A DNA stretch of 64,000 nucleotides, taken from a virus. Lineage: Duplodnaviria > Heunggongvirae > Uroviricota > Caudoviricetes. The translations under genes and the position numbers were made by a program. Where the stretch lies: the IMG/VR virus record IMGVR_UViG_3300048091_000424. One strand, given 5' to 3'. The notes under the pieces are model-generated. The model searched no databases. It was not told the DNA's origin and saw nothing but the letters and a program-made list of their open reading frames with translations. Shown here piece by piece: positions 9,412 through 18,343 of this stretch. Each line of letters starts with the position of its first letter. Position 1 is the first letter of the stretch.

Positions 9412-9819
9412 CTACTCGATTGGCTTGGGCTTGGGCTTGGGTTTTGGCTTGCGCTTGGGCGTGCGTTCCTCACGTAGGTGATATTTCAAGTCCGTTTGGC
9501 GAGCGGCCACCAGCGCTGACAAAATTTCGGCATAGGTAAGTTTGTACTCGGTAATCACATCAACCAATTCATCGCCGACCTTCGTCGCCACGCTGGGCAG
9601 GGTAAATGTGGTTTTATCGAGGTCTTTCCAGGCGCTGCAAGCGTTCTTGATCGATAGATCATCGATGGAGGCGAGAATCCAAAACCGTTCAATCTGGTTA
9701 GAGATCATATACCCCTGATCGTAAGTCTCGACTTCCTTGATAGCCATGGCCTCTGCCCACTTCAAGCCGAAAATGCCGGAGGCCCGACTATGCAATCTTA
9801 TCCGTGAGTCAATTTCCAT
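9412..9819 (-). CDS. hypothetical protein with C-terminal (KP)n tail
   Basis: Ends ...KRKPKPKPKPKPIE. The tail is encoded by a ggcttg hexanucleotide tandem repeat. Confidence 0.5.
   Translation of the reverse strand: MEIDSRIRLHSRASGIFGLKWAEAMAIKEVETYDQGYMISNQIERFWILASIDDLSIKNACSAWKDLDKTTFTLPSVATKVGDELVDVITEYKLTYAEILSALVAARQTDLKYHLREERTPKRKPKPKPKPKPIE
9421..9466. repeat. hexanucleotide tandem repeat (ggcttg-like, about 7 units) encoding the KP tail
   Basis: ggcttgggcttgggcttgggttttggcttgcgcttgggcgtgcg. Confidence 0.7.
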
Positions 9820-9950
9820 CGAGTTCTTCCGCGTGAGTTATGAGGTGGACTGTATGGTCGAATTGCCATCAAGTATTCAGACAAAATGCCGGGAAATCAA
9901 CCACGACTCAACCGTCACCCCCTACCAGCACCGCTCCACTGATACAGAAA

Positions 9951-9977
9951 ACAAAAAAGCACCCCGAGAGGTGCTTT
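9951..9977 (-). terminator. rho-independent terminator of the CpxP-like gene
   Basis: aagcacc-ccgaga-ggtgctt, with TTTTTT on the minus strand. Confidence 0.7.
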
Positions 9978-9996
9978 GGCTGAAGCGATGCCGGCC

Positions 9997-10389
9997 TTAC
10001 TGCTCAGGGCTGAGCGCTTTGGCCTTTTCAGCTTCCGATTTGTGCCTCATATAGGCGCTGGCCGCCTTGCTTTGCTGCTCGGGCGTGAGCATGCCCATGA
10101 CCCTGGTCTGGCGCTTTTTGGCGGCGTCCATATGCTCCTGGTTCATCGCAGCCTTGTCGTTGTCCGACAGCCTGCTAAGGTAGCGCATGTTAATTTCGTA
10201 GTGCGCCCGCATCTCTTCCTGGGTGGCGTCACTCAGAATCGAGGTTTGGTCATTGCTTAAACCCAGCTCTTGCTGAGCCTGCTGCACCATCTGAGCCGGG
10301 CTCGGAGCCCCGCCCTGGCCACCTTGGGCGGCCAACGCCAAGGACGGGACAGCCATGGACAGTGCAACGGCAAGCAGAACATTTTTCAT
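9997..10389 (-). CDS. periplasmic CpxP/Spy-family (LTXXQ-type) protein
   Basis: Signal peptide MKNVLLAVALSMAVPSLALA. Helical Gln/Glu-rich body carrying the LSNDQ and LTPEQ motifs. Confidence 0.65.
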   Translation of the reverse strand: MKNVLLAVALSMAVPSLALAAQGGQGGAPSPAQMVQQAQQELGLSNDQTSILSDATQEEMRAHYEINMRYLSRLSDNDKAAMNQEHMDAAKKRQTRVMGMLTPEQQSKAASAYMRHKSEAEKAKALSPEQ

Positions 10390-10594
10390 GAAATACTCCT
10401 CAATGAATGTTGATCAATATGCTAGTCAGCATCTTCAATCGGTTCAAATGGTTAGATGTAAACGTTCGGTAAATTAAACACTGACGGGCAAAAACATTGT
10501 TTACAAATTGACAAAAGCATCATAGTATTTAGCCATCAACGTGCACCGAGAGATCATCGTGATCAACCCTGTCGTCGCCAAGGAAGCCAGCCCT

Positions 10595-11353
10595 ATGTCC
10601 ACTGAACCATACCTGCGGCCTGATCGCGACGACGTCCTGCAGAAGCTGGAAAGTTACCAGCAAACTGGCTGCCAGAAAACCCTGGCATGGCTGCTGAACG
10701 AACACCGGGACATGTGTTACAGCATCGCCTACCGGTACGATCATCGGTTTGAAGTGGACGATACCTTTCAGGACTGCATGGAAATTCTGATTCATGCCAT
10801 CCGGGATCACGATTTGACCGGGTCGTACCCATTCTTTTCGTACGCCTACACCCGCGTATCCCGTGAGGTTGCTCGCAAGAAAATCCGCCAATGGTCGATT
10901 GTCAGTGTTCCGGACAACCGAGAGCTACTAAAGGTCTTTCGCAAGGTCAACAAAATGGGGATTCCGGCTTACCCGTCAGATGCTAAAGCCAAAGAAGTCG
11001 CCGAAATTCTTGATGTCAAGGTTGAGTACGTTTTCGCCGCTGCGGCGCTTTACTATAAAAAACCGATGTCTCTGGACAGCGGCACTCATAGCGACGTGGT
11101 GAGGTCAACGCTCTATGACGATTCATGCTCTCCTGAGCGAATTGTAAGTGAGCAGGATTTTGAGGCCAAACGTACCGAACTCGCTCAGAGGATGATCGGT
11201 CGACTGAACGAGCGAGAGGCTCTGGTCATCCAGCTGCGACACTTGAACGAGCCACCTTTGAAGTTGCGTGAGGTCGGCGAAGAGCTGGGCATTACCGCAG
11301 CGCGTGTGCAGCAGATCGAAACCAAGGCCATGAAGATGATGATGGCGGCTTGA
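10595..11353 (+). CDS. sigma-70 family RNA polymerase sigma factor (divergent, group 3/4-like)
   Basis: Region 4 HTH LREVGEELGITAARVQQIETKAMKKM. A region-2-like segment lies upstream. ATG at 10595 follows AAGGA. Confidence 0.7.
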   Translation: MSTEPYLRPDRDDVLQKLESYQQTGCQKTLAWLLNEHRDMCYSIAYRYDHRFEVDDTFQDCMEILIHAIRDHDLTGSYPFFSYAYTRVSREVARKKIRQWSIVSVPDNRELLKVFRKVNKMGIPAYPSDAKAKEVAEILDVKVEYVFAAAALYYKKPMSLDSGTHSDVVRSTLYDDSCSPERIVSEQDFEAKRTELAQRMIGRLNEREALVIQLRHLNEPPLKLREVGEELGITAARVQQIETKAMKMMMAA

Positions 11354-11468
11354 CCGTCGGAGAAGACAGCAGGTCGACCAGAATGCCTGCTTCCCCTCCT
11401 TGTCTTTCCAGCGGCTTGCAGTGTCAATTTATGCTATAATTTGAGCAGTAAAAATCGAGGGTCTGATC

Positions 11469-12113
11469 ATGCTCGTTACCTCGCATCGCAATATTGAATT
11501 CACCATGGTGTGCGGGCACAAAGAGATTGTGTCTGACGCTATTCGCGGTTCTCGGCAGATGGCCGAGGAAAGGCGAAACCTGGCCAGCATGCTGTGCTCC
11601 ACATGCGTGAGGGTGCTTGAAGGCTGGCTTAAGGCCGATCATGGTCAGCAGGCCTACCCGATGGACTTCCCGGTGCTCAACGGCGCTTCGGATGCCCAGG
11701 TGAGGTTCGCCTCCGACATGCGCCTGAAAGAATTCAAGAAGTACGGCCCCATCATGCAAACCTTGAGCAAAGACAGCACCGAACTGGCCAAGTTTGCCTG
11801 GCGTGCCCTGTACATGTGCTTCATGGTCACCGATAGCCGCTACTGGCTGGACGAACGGAAGCGATTCAACCATCACGTTTGGGGCGGCGAGATCCAGCGC
11901 CTGATGAAGGAGCCTGGGTTCAGCGACCGTGTATCGTCGTCTTCGGCCTACGGTTTCTTTTACAACAGCCGCGCACGTGACTCGATCAGCTACTTCATGG
12001 CGATCAACCCGGCTTGCGATCTTCAGGGTAAAAACCTGCCATTGATGCGGTTCTGGACGAAGGAAATGTTCAAAACCACGGTGGAGGTAGAGGAAGACCG
12101 GCAGGCGAGTTGA
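11469..12113 (+). CDS. hypothetical protein (214 aa)
   Basis: Codon usage and SD (GAGGG) favour this plus-strand ORF over the overlapping antisense 11424..12194 ORF. Confidence 0.55.
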   Translation: MLVTSHRNIEFTMVCGHKEIVSDAIRGSRQMAEERRNLASMLCSTCVRVLEGWLKADHGQQAYPMDFPVLNGASDAQVRFASDMRLKEFKKYGPIMQTLSKDSTELAKFAWRALYMCFMVTDSRYWLDERKRFNHHVWGGEIQRLMKEPGFSDRVSSSSAYGFFYNSRARDSISYFMAINPACDLQGKNLPLMRFWTKEMFKTTVEVEEDRQAS

Positions 12114-12246
12114 AAGGTCGCCCCTTCCGCGCAGCGGGCTCGCTCCAAGGGATTGGAGCAATCTCCACGAACATTTCTGGCCAATTGACGGCATTCATAA
12201 TCAGCTGTAGATTTTGCGATCAAAATTGATTGAGGGGAATTTTTCG

Positions 12247-12642
12247 ATGTTTCGTCGTAAGCCAACATCCATCCACCCAGAACTCAACCGAGCTGCTGCC
12301 AAACGTGCCCGCACCTTCAACGTCGGCATGCTGAAAGTGGTAGCTATCGCAGTGGGTTCCTTGTTGGTCATTGGCGGAACGTGGGCCGTAGCCGAAATGA
12401 GCGCCTCAACGCCTGACCCGGCAAAGTTGCGCATGGCTGAACTCAAAGGGCGCTCTGTCGCCCATACGTTTATCATCGATGCCTACGAGCAGTGCATGGC
12501 GCCAAAAGATGCCAACCGCTACCGCTGCTTGAAGTCGACCGCTGACGCAGCCAAAACGAAGACCATGACCTCCTTCCAAATCATCGGGGTGTTCAAGGAC
12601 TACGGCATCAACATCAACGGCTCTGATTTCCCGGAAATCTAA
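12247..12642 (+). CDS. small single-pass membrane protein, paralog A
   Basis: GAGGGG precedes ATG 12247. One TM helix, then A.Y.QC...C motif. Confidence 0.55.
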   Translation: MFRRKPTSIHPELNRAAAKRARTFNVGMLKVVAIAVGSLLVIGGTWAVAEMSASTPDPAKLRMAELKGRSVAHTFIIDAYEQCMAPKDANRYRCLKSTADAAKTKTMTSFQIIGVFKDYGININGSDFPEI

Positions 12643-12659
12643 GGCCAGTTGTACCTTTT

Positions 12660-13067
12660 GTGATTATGGAGAGTGGCATGGACGAAACAAACGCTGCAGG
12701 AATCGAAACCACTGCCGTTAAGCACCCGGCGAAACTTCTGGACTGGAAGCCGAAGACCTTCGGGGACTTCCTGCTGGTCGGTGTCGGTGTACTGTTATTT
12801 GCCGGCTTGCTTTGGGCATACATTGCAGCAGGCCTTGATGGCGTCCGTACCCAGGAGCGCCTTGACGAGTTGAGGAGCCGATCACCCGCCCATGATCAGA
12901 TTCTGACGGCCTACTATCAGTGCACGGGGCGGATGCCGTCTGCACCCCTCTCCTGCCTTGGGTCTGTTTCCAAGGGTGCTGAGATGAGCGGGATCAAGCC
13001 TGAAGTGGTCAAGTCAGTGTTGGTCGACGCAGGAATTACGCCCCCATCCGAAGTCAAAGCCCCCTGA
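12660..13067 (+). CDS. small single-pass membrane protein, paralog B
   Basis: Same architecture as 12247..12642 (TM, then ...AYYQC...C...). Confidence 0.55.
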   Translation: MIMESGMDETNAAGIETTAVKHPAKLLDWKPKTFGDFLLVGVGVLLFAGLLWAYIAAGLDGVRTQERLDELRSRSPAHDQILTAYYQCTGRMPSAPLSCLGSVSKGAEMSGIKPEVVKSVLVDAGITPPSEVKAP

Positions 13068-13116
13068 ATGCTATCAGGGGCTCCGAGCAGAGCACCTGTG
13101 GAAAAGGAGATGAATC

Positions 13117-13467
13117 ATGCAAACGGACTACAACATAGGCGTAAAGCGCCTAAACGAGATCACCGCTTGCCAAAAATGCGGCAACAACGAGGTGAAGGAA
13201 AAACGCCAATGGGCATTGCACTCCTGCGGCCATTGGAACGAATCCGTTGAGTTCGTGTGCGGGGCTAAGTACGAATTCACGCCAAATTTCATGAAAGTCG
13301 GCCTGGCGAAAGTCTGCACCTACGACCCTGAATTCAAGGCTCGCCAGGAACTGACCACCTCCGTGAAGGCTGAGTTTTTTAAGCTGGCGGAGAAGCGCGG
13401 CATTCATCCAGAAGAGATGAAAAGCCTGAGGGACAAGCTCCAATACTGGTATCCCTCAAGCTGGTGA
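13117..13467 (+). CDS. small Cys-rich (zinc-ribbon-like) protein
   Basis: CQKCGNN...HSCGHW...FVCG pattern. SD AAGGAGA upstream. Confidence 0.5.
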   Translation: MQTDYNIGVKRLNEITACQKCGNNEVKEKRQWALHSCGHWNESVEFVCGAKYEFTPNFMKVGLAKVCTYDPEFKARQELTTSVKAEFFKLAEKRGIHPEEMKSLRDKLQYWYPSSW

Positions 13468-13470
13468 ACA

Positions 13471-15180
13471 CTAAAGGTAGGCTGACAACAGCGAGTCTAG
13501 GGGCTTTGAAACCTGGGCCTTAGCAACCTGAACCGTTTCGACAGGCTTCAGGTTGTAGTCGGCTGCCATGTCTTTGTAAACCGCAATCGATGCGTCGACA
13601 TCCGCTTGACTGGCAACCCCGGTGTACCTGGAGTAATGATTCTCCATCGTGGTGTGAATGTCCTCGGCCAATTTCATGGCCAACGGATCATCAGTGCGCT
13701 TGAACAGCATTTTCCTCGTCGCAGAAATCTCGCTCCACATCGCCTTCACTGCGGGTGTGAACATCGTATCCGAGTTAAGGCGCAACTCCCCAGGAAAATA
13801 GGTTCCATCCTTGGCCATGAAGTTCTTCTCCATAAGGAACTTGGCAATCTCCGGAATTTCTTCTTTGGTTTTCATATGGATCGCCGCAGGATCTATCTGC
13901 GGAAAAATCTCATCGAGTGCCCAAGCGGTTTTGTGCGCGTAGTCGTTTACCGTCGAGATTCGCATGGGGCGAATGAGGTCGGTGTACAAATCATTGGTGC
14001 CTGTTTCACGCATGTAATCCAGGCTGGCAACCAGGTCACCGAAGGTTTCCTCAAGGCTGCGTTGATAAGCCAGTTGCATATCAGACAGATCCCTGTCCCC
14101 AGCACCTGGTTGATCCAGCTGGAAGAAACAATGACCCCCTTCGTGTGATTTCATAAAGAAATCCCAAAGGTTTTTGTCTACTAGCATCTCCGGCATGTTG
14201 CTGAATTTGTAGAAATTACCGTCTTTTGTGACCGGGGCAATCTGGTGGTGGTGGACTATACAAAGTGCGCTCTCCGAGGCCTCACCAGGCTCAACCATTT
14301 GAGCTAGGCCTCCCACCTTGTCCGCTGTAAAACTGTCGATGGATTTCTGCAAGGTGTGATCACGGGCATAATTCTTAACCATCTGAATGCCGTCAAATTC
14401 GCCGAACTGGACAATCTTGCGTTCCGAGACCTTGTCCTTGGACAACACTGTTTCTATCGTTGGCCGCGATTGCAGGTCAACCAGACCAAATCCACTGGTG
14501 GTATTCGCAAACCCAGTGGCATAAATGCCGCCAAGAGTAATGCTGGCCAGCACCGCTGCCACCACCCCAAGCTTTAGACCCTTTTTCAGGTAAAGGGTCA
14601 GTGGCTTGTCCTTGAGTGCTTCCACGTCCACAGACGCCGGCGCCGAATCGACCATGGTCAGGAAGTCGCGGCTCTCTGCGCGGTTCTTGTCCACCCACTG
14701 TGATTCTGAAATTTCAGTTTTAACGCTGGTCAGCGACAGGCCTGGGTGGATTGAGGCACAAATTCTGCTGAAACCGCTGTTGAAGTGCTCCAGTGAACCG
14801 ATGTCGTGGCATGCACGCCTGGTCATTTCAACCAATCCGTCGCGAGCGTGCTCGCCGCCTAGCAACGACGTCAGGTCTTGCGCATACATCTCGCCCAGGT
14901 GATTGTTGATGCCACTGTGAAGCGGCTTATAGAGGCGCTCATTGTCGGTCAGCAGTGCACTGGTCAGCATCATGCCCTTTGACTTTGGGCTCAAAGCGTT
15001 CATGAACTCGAGTGATGGGTAGTTGATCTCGGGGTGACTTGCCGTAGCTGACAGGTCGACCAGGCTAGCCAAGACCGGTGAGTAGCCCGCCGAGTCGACG
15101 ACATCTTCAAGGCGAACCTGCCCAACCGCGTATCCGCTTAATGCACCCGACAAATGTAACTTCAGCGCTTCGTTAACCAT
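13471..15180 (-). CDS. membrane-anchored protein with HExxH (zincin-like) motif
   Basis: SHEGGHCFF, plus a downstream Glu in LEETFGD that could serve as a third ligand. One TM helix (LGVVAAVLASITLGGIYATGF). Start at 15180 is preceded by AAGGAG. The track ORF starts at 15204. Confidence 0.4.
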   Translation of the reverse strand: MVNEALKLHLSGALSGYAVGQVRLEDVVDSAGYSPVLASLVDLSATASHPEINYPSLEFMNALSPKSKGMMLTSALLTDNERLYKPLHSGINNHLGEMYAQDLTSLLGGEHARDGLVEMTRRACHDIGSLEHFNSGFSRICASIHPGLSLTSVKTEISESQWVDKNRAESRDFLTMVDSAPASVDVEALKDKPLTLYLKKGLKLGVVAAVLASITLGGIYATGFANTTSGFGLVDLQSRPTIETVLSKDKVSERKIVQFGEFDGIQMVKNYARDHTLQKSIDSFTADKVGGLAQMVEPGEASESALCIVHHHQIAPVTKDGNFYKFSNMPEMLVDKNLWDFFMKSHEGGHCFFQLDQPGAGDRDLSDMQLAYQRSLEETFGDLVASLDYMRETGTNDLYTDLIRPMRISTVNDYAHKTAWALDEIFPQIDPAAIHMKTKEEIPEIAKFLMEKNFMAKDGTYFPGELRLNSDTMFTPAVKAMWSEISATRKMLFKRTDDPLAMKLAEDIHTTMENHYSRYTGVASQADVDASIAVYKDMAADYNLKPVETVQVAKAQVSKPLDSLLSAYL

Positions 15181-15433
15181 GTTTTGGGATCTCCTTTCCG
15201 ACATAATCTCATAGCCGCCTCATGTTGTTCAAAATCCTCGTTTGCATTACATAAAATGGTTGTCAATTTAGCCTATATGCTTATAATGATGGCCATTCAT
15301 TCACCTAACCTTTTGCGAGTCGATCATTTGATCAATTCCATGACATTCGCCGGCAGGATCAACTGCCTCGTTTCAGCCTAGCGCCCTTCCCTCGCACATT
15401 TTTGCGGGCCCGGCGCCTGTAGAGATTGCGATC

Positions 15434-16462
15434 ATGAACACCCAATACCTTTTTGATGCCGAACAGTTCCGCGACGCCGTGTTCAAACGGGATCGACGTG
15501 TCTGTGTGTTTTGCTCGGCACCGGCTGAATCAGCCGCACACATCCTGGAATCCCAGCTGTGGGACGACGGCGGCCACTACCTGCAAAATGGCGCCAGCGT
15601 CTGCAGAGAGCACCGACTCGCTTTTGAAATGACACATCTGTTGCCTAAGCAAATTCGGATTGCTGCTCGTATCCCGGAAATACTGGTACCTCAGGACTAC
15701 TTTCCGACCACGCCCTATGACCACTGGGGCAACGAGATTTTGCACAATGGAATGCGTCTGCGCGGTGAGCTGTTTCTCGATGATAATGTCCAGCAGCTAC
15801 TGAGCCAGGGCCGCGTACTGGATCAGTTCACCTGGCAGGTGAAGTACCCAACCACCCCTCACCTACCATGGTCAGAAGGGATTCAGCGGGATGACCGCCT
15901 TCTGCGTGACGTGCTTCACTTCCTGGGTAAGCGCGTCGTCGTCACAATGAAGATGGATGGCGAAAACACCTCGCTTTACAGTGACTACATCCACGCTCGT
16001 TCGCTGGATTCAAGGCACCACGAATCTCGTGACTGGGTGAAAAACTTCTGGGCCAGATTCAAATGGCAAATCCCTGAAGGTTGGAGGATCTGCGGTGAAA
16101 ACCTGTTTGCCCAGCACTCGATCCGGTACAACGATCTGGTGAGCTACTTCAATGGCTTCTCGATCTGGAACGAACGCAACAAGGCGTTGGACTGGGATGA
16201 CACCCTGGGCTACTTCGACATCCTTGGGATCACCCCGGTCGAGGAAATCTACCGTGGCGTCTTTGACCAGAAGTTGATCCACACAGCCTACCTGGAAAAG
16301 TCAAAAGGCAAGGTGTGCGAAGGCTATGTCGTACGCGTGGAGGACGAGTTCGACTTCCGAGATTTCCGCCGTTCGGTGGCCAAGTTTGTCCGCAAAGACC
16401 ATGTGCAAACCAAAGATCACTGGATGACCAGTGAGATCATCCCCAACAAGCTGAAAGGTTGA
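15434..16462 (+). CDS. HNH-like N-terminal domain fused to an RNA-ligase-family nucleotidyltransferase
   Basis: CVFC...H...N..CREH is HNH-like. VVVTMKMDGENTSLY is motif I (KxDGxN). EGYVVR is motif IV. KFVRKDH is motif V. Confidence 0.6.
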   Translation: MNTQYLFDAEQFRDAVFKRDRRVCVFCSAPAESAAHILESQLWDDGGHYLQNGASVCREHRLAFEMTHLLPKQIRIAARIPEILVPQDYFPTTPYDHWGNEILHNGMRLRGELFLDDNVQQLLSQGRVLDQFTWQVKYPTTPHLPWSEGIQRDDRLLRDVLHFLGKRVVVTMKMDGENTSLYSDYIHARSLDSRHHESRDWVKNFWARFKWQIPEGWRICGENLFAQHSIRYNDLVSYFNGFSIWNERNKALDWDDTLGYFDILGITPVEEIYRGVFDQKLIHTAYLEKSKGKVCEGYVVRVEDEFDFRDFRRSVAKFVRKDHVQTKDHWMTSEIIPNKLKG

Positions 16463-16576
16463 TCGCTGCACCACCAGCGGAGTTCGCTGCTTCGCTGTTT
16501 TCAGCGCCTGTTCCCTTGGACTTATTGCCATTAAATTGATATAAGATGGCATAACGAAATCACCAAGGATCTGGCC

Positions 16577-17983
16577 ATGTACATTCGCCCTAAACGCAAT
16601 CACCCTAACGCCGGCCCCCTGCTCACCCGCACCTTGATGCGCCGCGAGGGGTCGGCGTTTGATGCCGCGATTTTTCGTGACGACGGTGATCACTACGCTG
16701 AAGACATTAAGTTCGAGTATCTCCTCTACACGGTACCCTTCTGCCTTCAGCCTGCGTTATTTGGGATTTTTCTGGGCTTCTCCAAGCCGGCCATCACCCG
16801 ATTTTTGAGCCAGGCTGAAGTCAACCTGAGCGACATCGCAGGCCTGGCAACTGATGCGTTTGATCGCGCCGTCATGATTGCGGAAACCGGTGAAGAATTT
16901 ACCCTGTGGCAATTGCAGCGTTACCTGATCGAAGCCATGTCTGGTTGCCCGGTGCGAACCCACGCCATGATCAAGGAACTGCGGTCGAAAGAATTCAGCG
17001 GTAGCATCGGCGAGTCGCTGCTGCACTGTGAAGTACCCGCGTTGTGGGTTAGTAGCCGATTTGGTGGTGATGAGACCTTCACCATGCAGCGCCTACCAAA
17101 AAACATCAATCCAAACCTCTCTTACGAGAGCAATCTGGATATTCCCAATCACTCCTTTCCCGATCTTCTCCGTAGATCCGGTGTACTCAAAGATCAGTAC
17201 ATTCGCAAAGTCTTCGCCCTTCATGATTTCTACGAAGACCTGCTGATCAACCTCAGGGATGGGGAAGGATTAGCATTGCGCATCGTCAACAGCCTGGAGT
17301 TCCTCGATGACGATGAGGTCACCTCCTTTGCTTGGGGGCTGACCAATGCTGTGTTCATCCCAGACACCGACCGCATCGCGCCCCTGGGCGAAGAAAACAG
17401 TACCAATCCCCGTCCGTTGTTCCAGGTGCTGAAAACGCTGATCGAAGAGATGGAGTGCTTTGAGTCAGCCGACACGGTGACAGTAGCGCTCAACTACCTG
17501 CCAGCCGATTACATCGGCAACATTGACCGTGTGCAAGCGGACGAGCTCTACGCTCCTCTCCACGACTTCACCACGGTACTCAATCGTTTCTGTGAGGAAC
17601 TGCTAGAGCTTAATCCACTGGACTTCACCTTGGCCCATTTCACAGCCATGTCGAAGCTGCGCAATTTCCATTTTGCGGACTTCGAGCGGCCACGCCTGAG
17701 TAACACCTGCGTGCTGAGGCACGTAGCCTCCGCCGTTAAAGCTTTCAAGCCTTTTTTCAGCGAGGCGCCGACGCCGAAATGGGAAATCGACAAGCTGGTC
17801 GTGGCTTGCTGGAGGGACTTTGCTGACTTGTTCCGCGAGAAAGATTTTCGCCTCCTGTATGACGCGTCAGAGTTCATCTCCTCTGCGGTGCTCCCTATGA
17901 ACATGATCATGGAATATGACCGAAAATTCCCTGATCTGTGCGAGGATGACAAGAAAATATTGGCACGCTTCGAGGCACTTTAG
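16577..17983 (+). CDS. hypothetical protein (468 aa)
   Basis: Long clean ORF. I recognise no motif. Confidence 0.55.
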   Translation: MYIRPKRNHPNAGPLLTRTLMRREGSAFDAAIFRDDGDHYAEDIKFEYLLYTVPFCLQPALFGIFLGFSKPAITRFLSQAEVNLSDIAGLATDAFDRAVMIAETGEEFTLWQLQRYLIEAMSGCPVRTHAMIKELRSKEFSGSIGESLLHCEVPALWVSSRFGGDETFTMQRLPKNINPNLSYESNLDIPNHSFPDLLRRSGVLKDQYIRKVFALHDFYEDLLINLRDGEGLALRIVNSLEFLDDDEVTSFAWGLTNAVFIPDTDRIAPLGEENSTNPRPLFQVLKTLIEEMECFESADTVTVALNYLPADYIGNIDRVQADELYAPLHDFTTVLNRFCEELLELNPLDFTLAHFTAMSKLRNFHFADFERPRLSNTCVLRHVASAVKAFKPFFSEAPTPKWEIDKLVVACWRDFADLFREKDFRLLYDASEFISSAVLPMNMIMEYDRKFPDLCEDDKKILARFEAL

Positions 17984-18143
17984 ATCCTTTGAACTTGGGG
18001 TTTTCCACGTGCACAAGGATGAGCAGTGGATCACCTTCGAGGTCATTCAGGAGGATCTGAAGGGTCGCTGAGATACCGATGTGTATTATCTTGATTCCTG
18101 TATACAGCTAAACACAGAATAATATGAAATTCATATGAAGTTA

Positions 18144-18169
18144 ATAGGATAATAATATTATTATCCTAT
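18144..18169. promoter_or_regulatory. perfect 26-bp palindrome in an AT-rich leader (candidate operator)
   Basis: ataggataataat|attattatcctat. A second inverted repeat, atgtaaaaa-N6-tttttacat, lies nearby at 18231..18254. Confidence 0.35.
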
Positions 18170-18343
18170 GTATATCGAGTCATGAGTTACTAATTATCTT
18201 CAAGCTGATACTAGTGCAGTCATGGCTCTCGATGTAAAAATGTAAGTTTTTACATAGGATTAAAAAATATTATTTGATGTATTGACCTGCAAAAATCTCA
18301 TCATTACCATTTTATGAAGCTGAAGCTCATATAGGTAATCTTT

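Noticed and set aside
11424-12194. 256-aa minus-strand ORF overlapping the 11469..12113 plus-strand gene
   Set aside because: Arg/His/Gly/Pro-rich composition typical of an antisense shadow ORF in GC-rich DNA. The plus-strand ORF has an SD and the same orientation as its neighbours.
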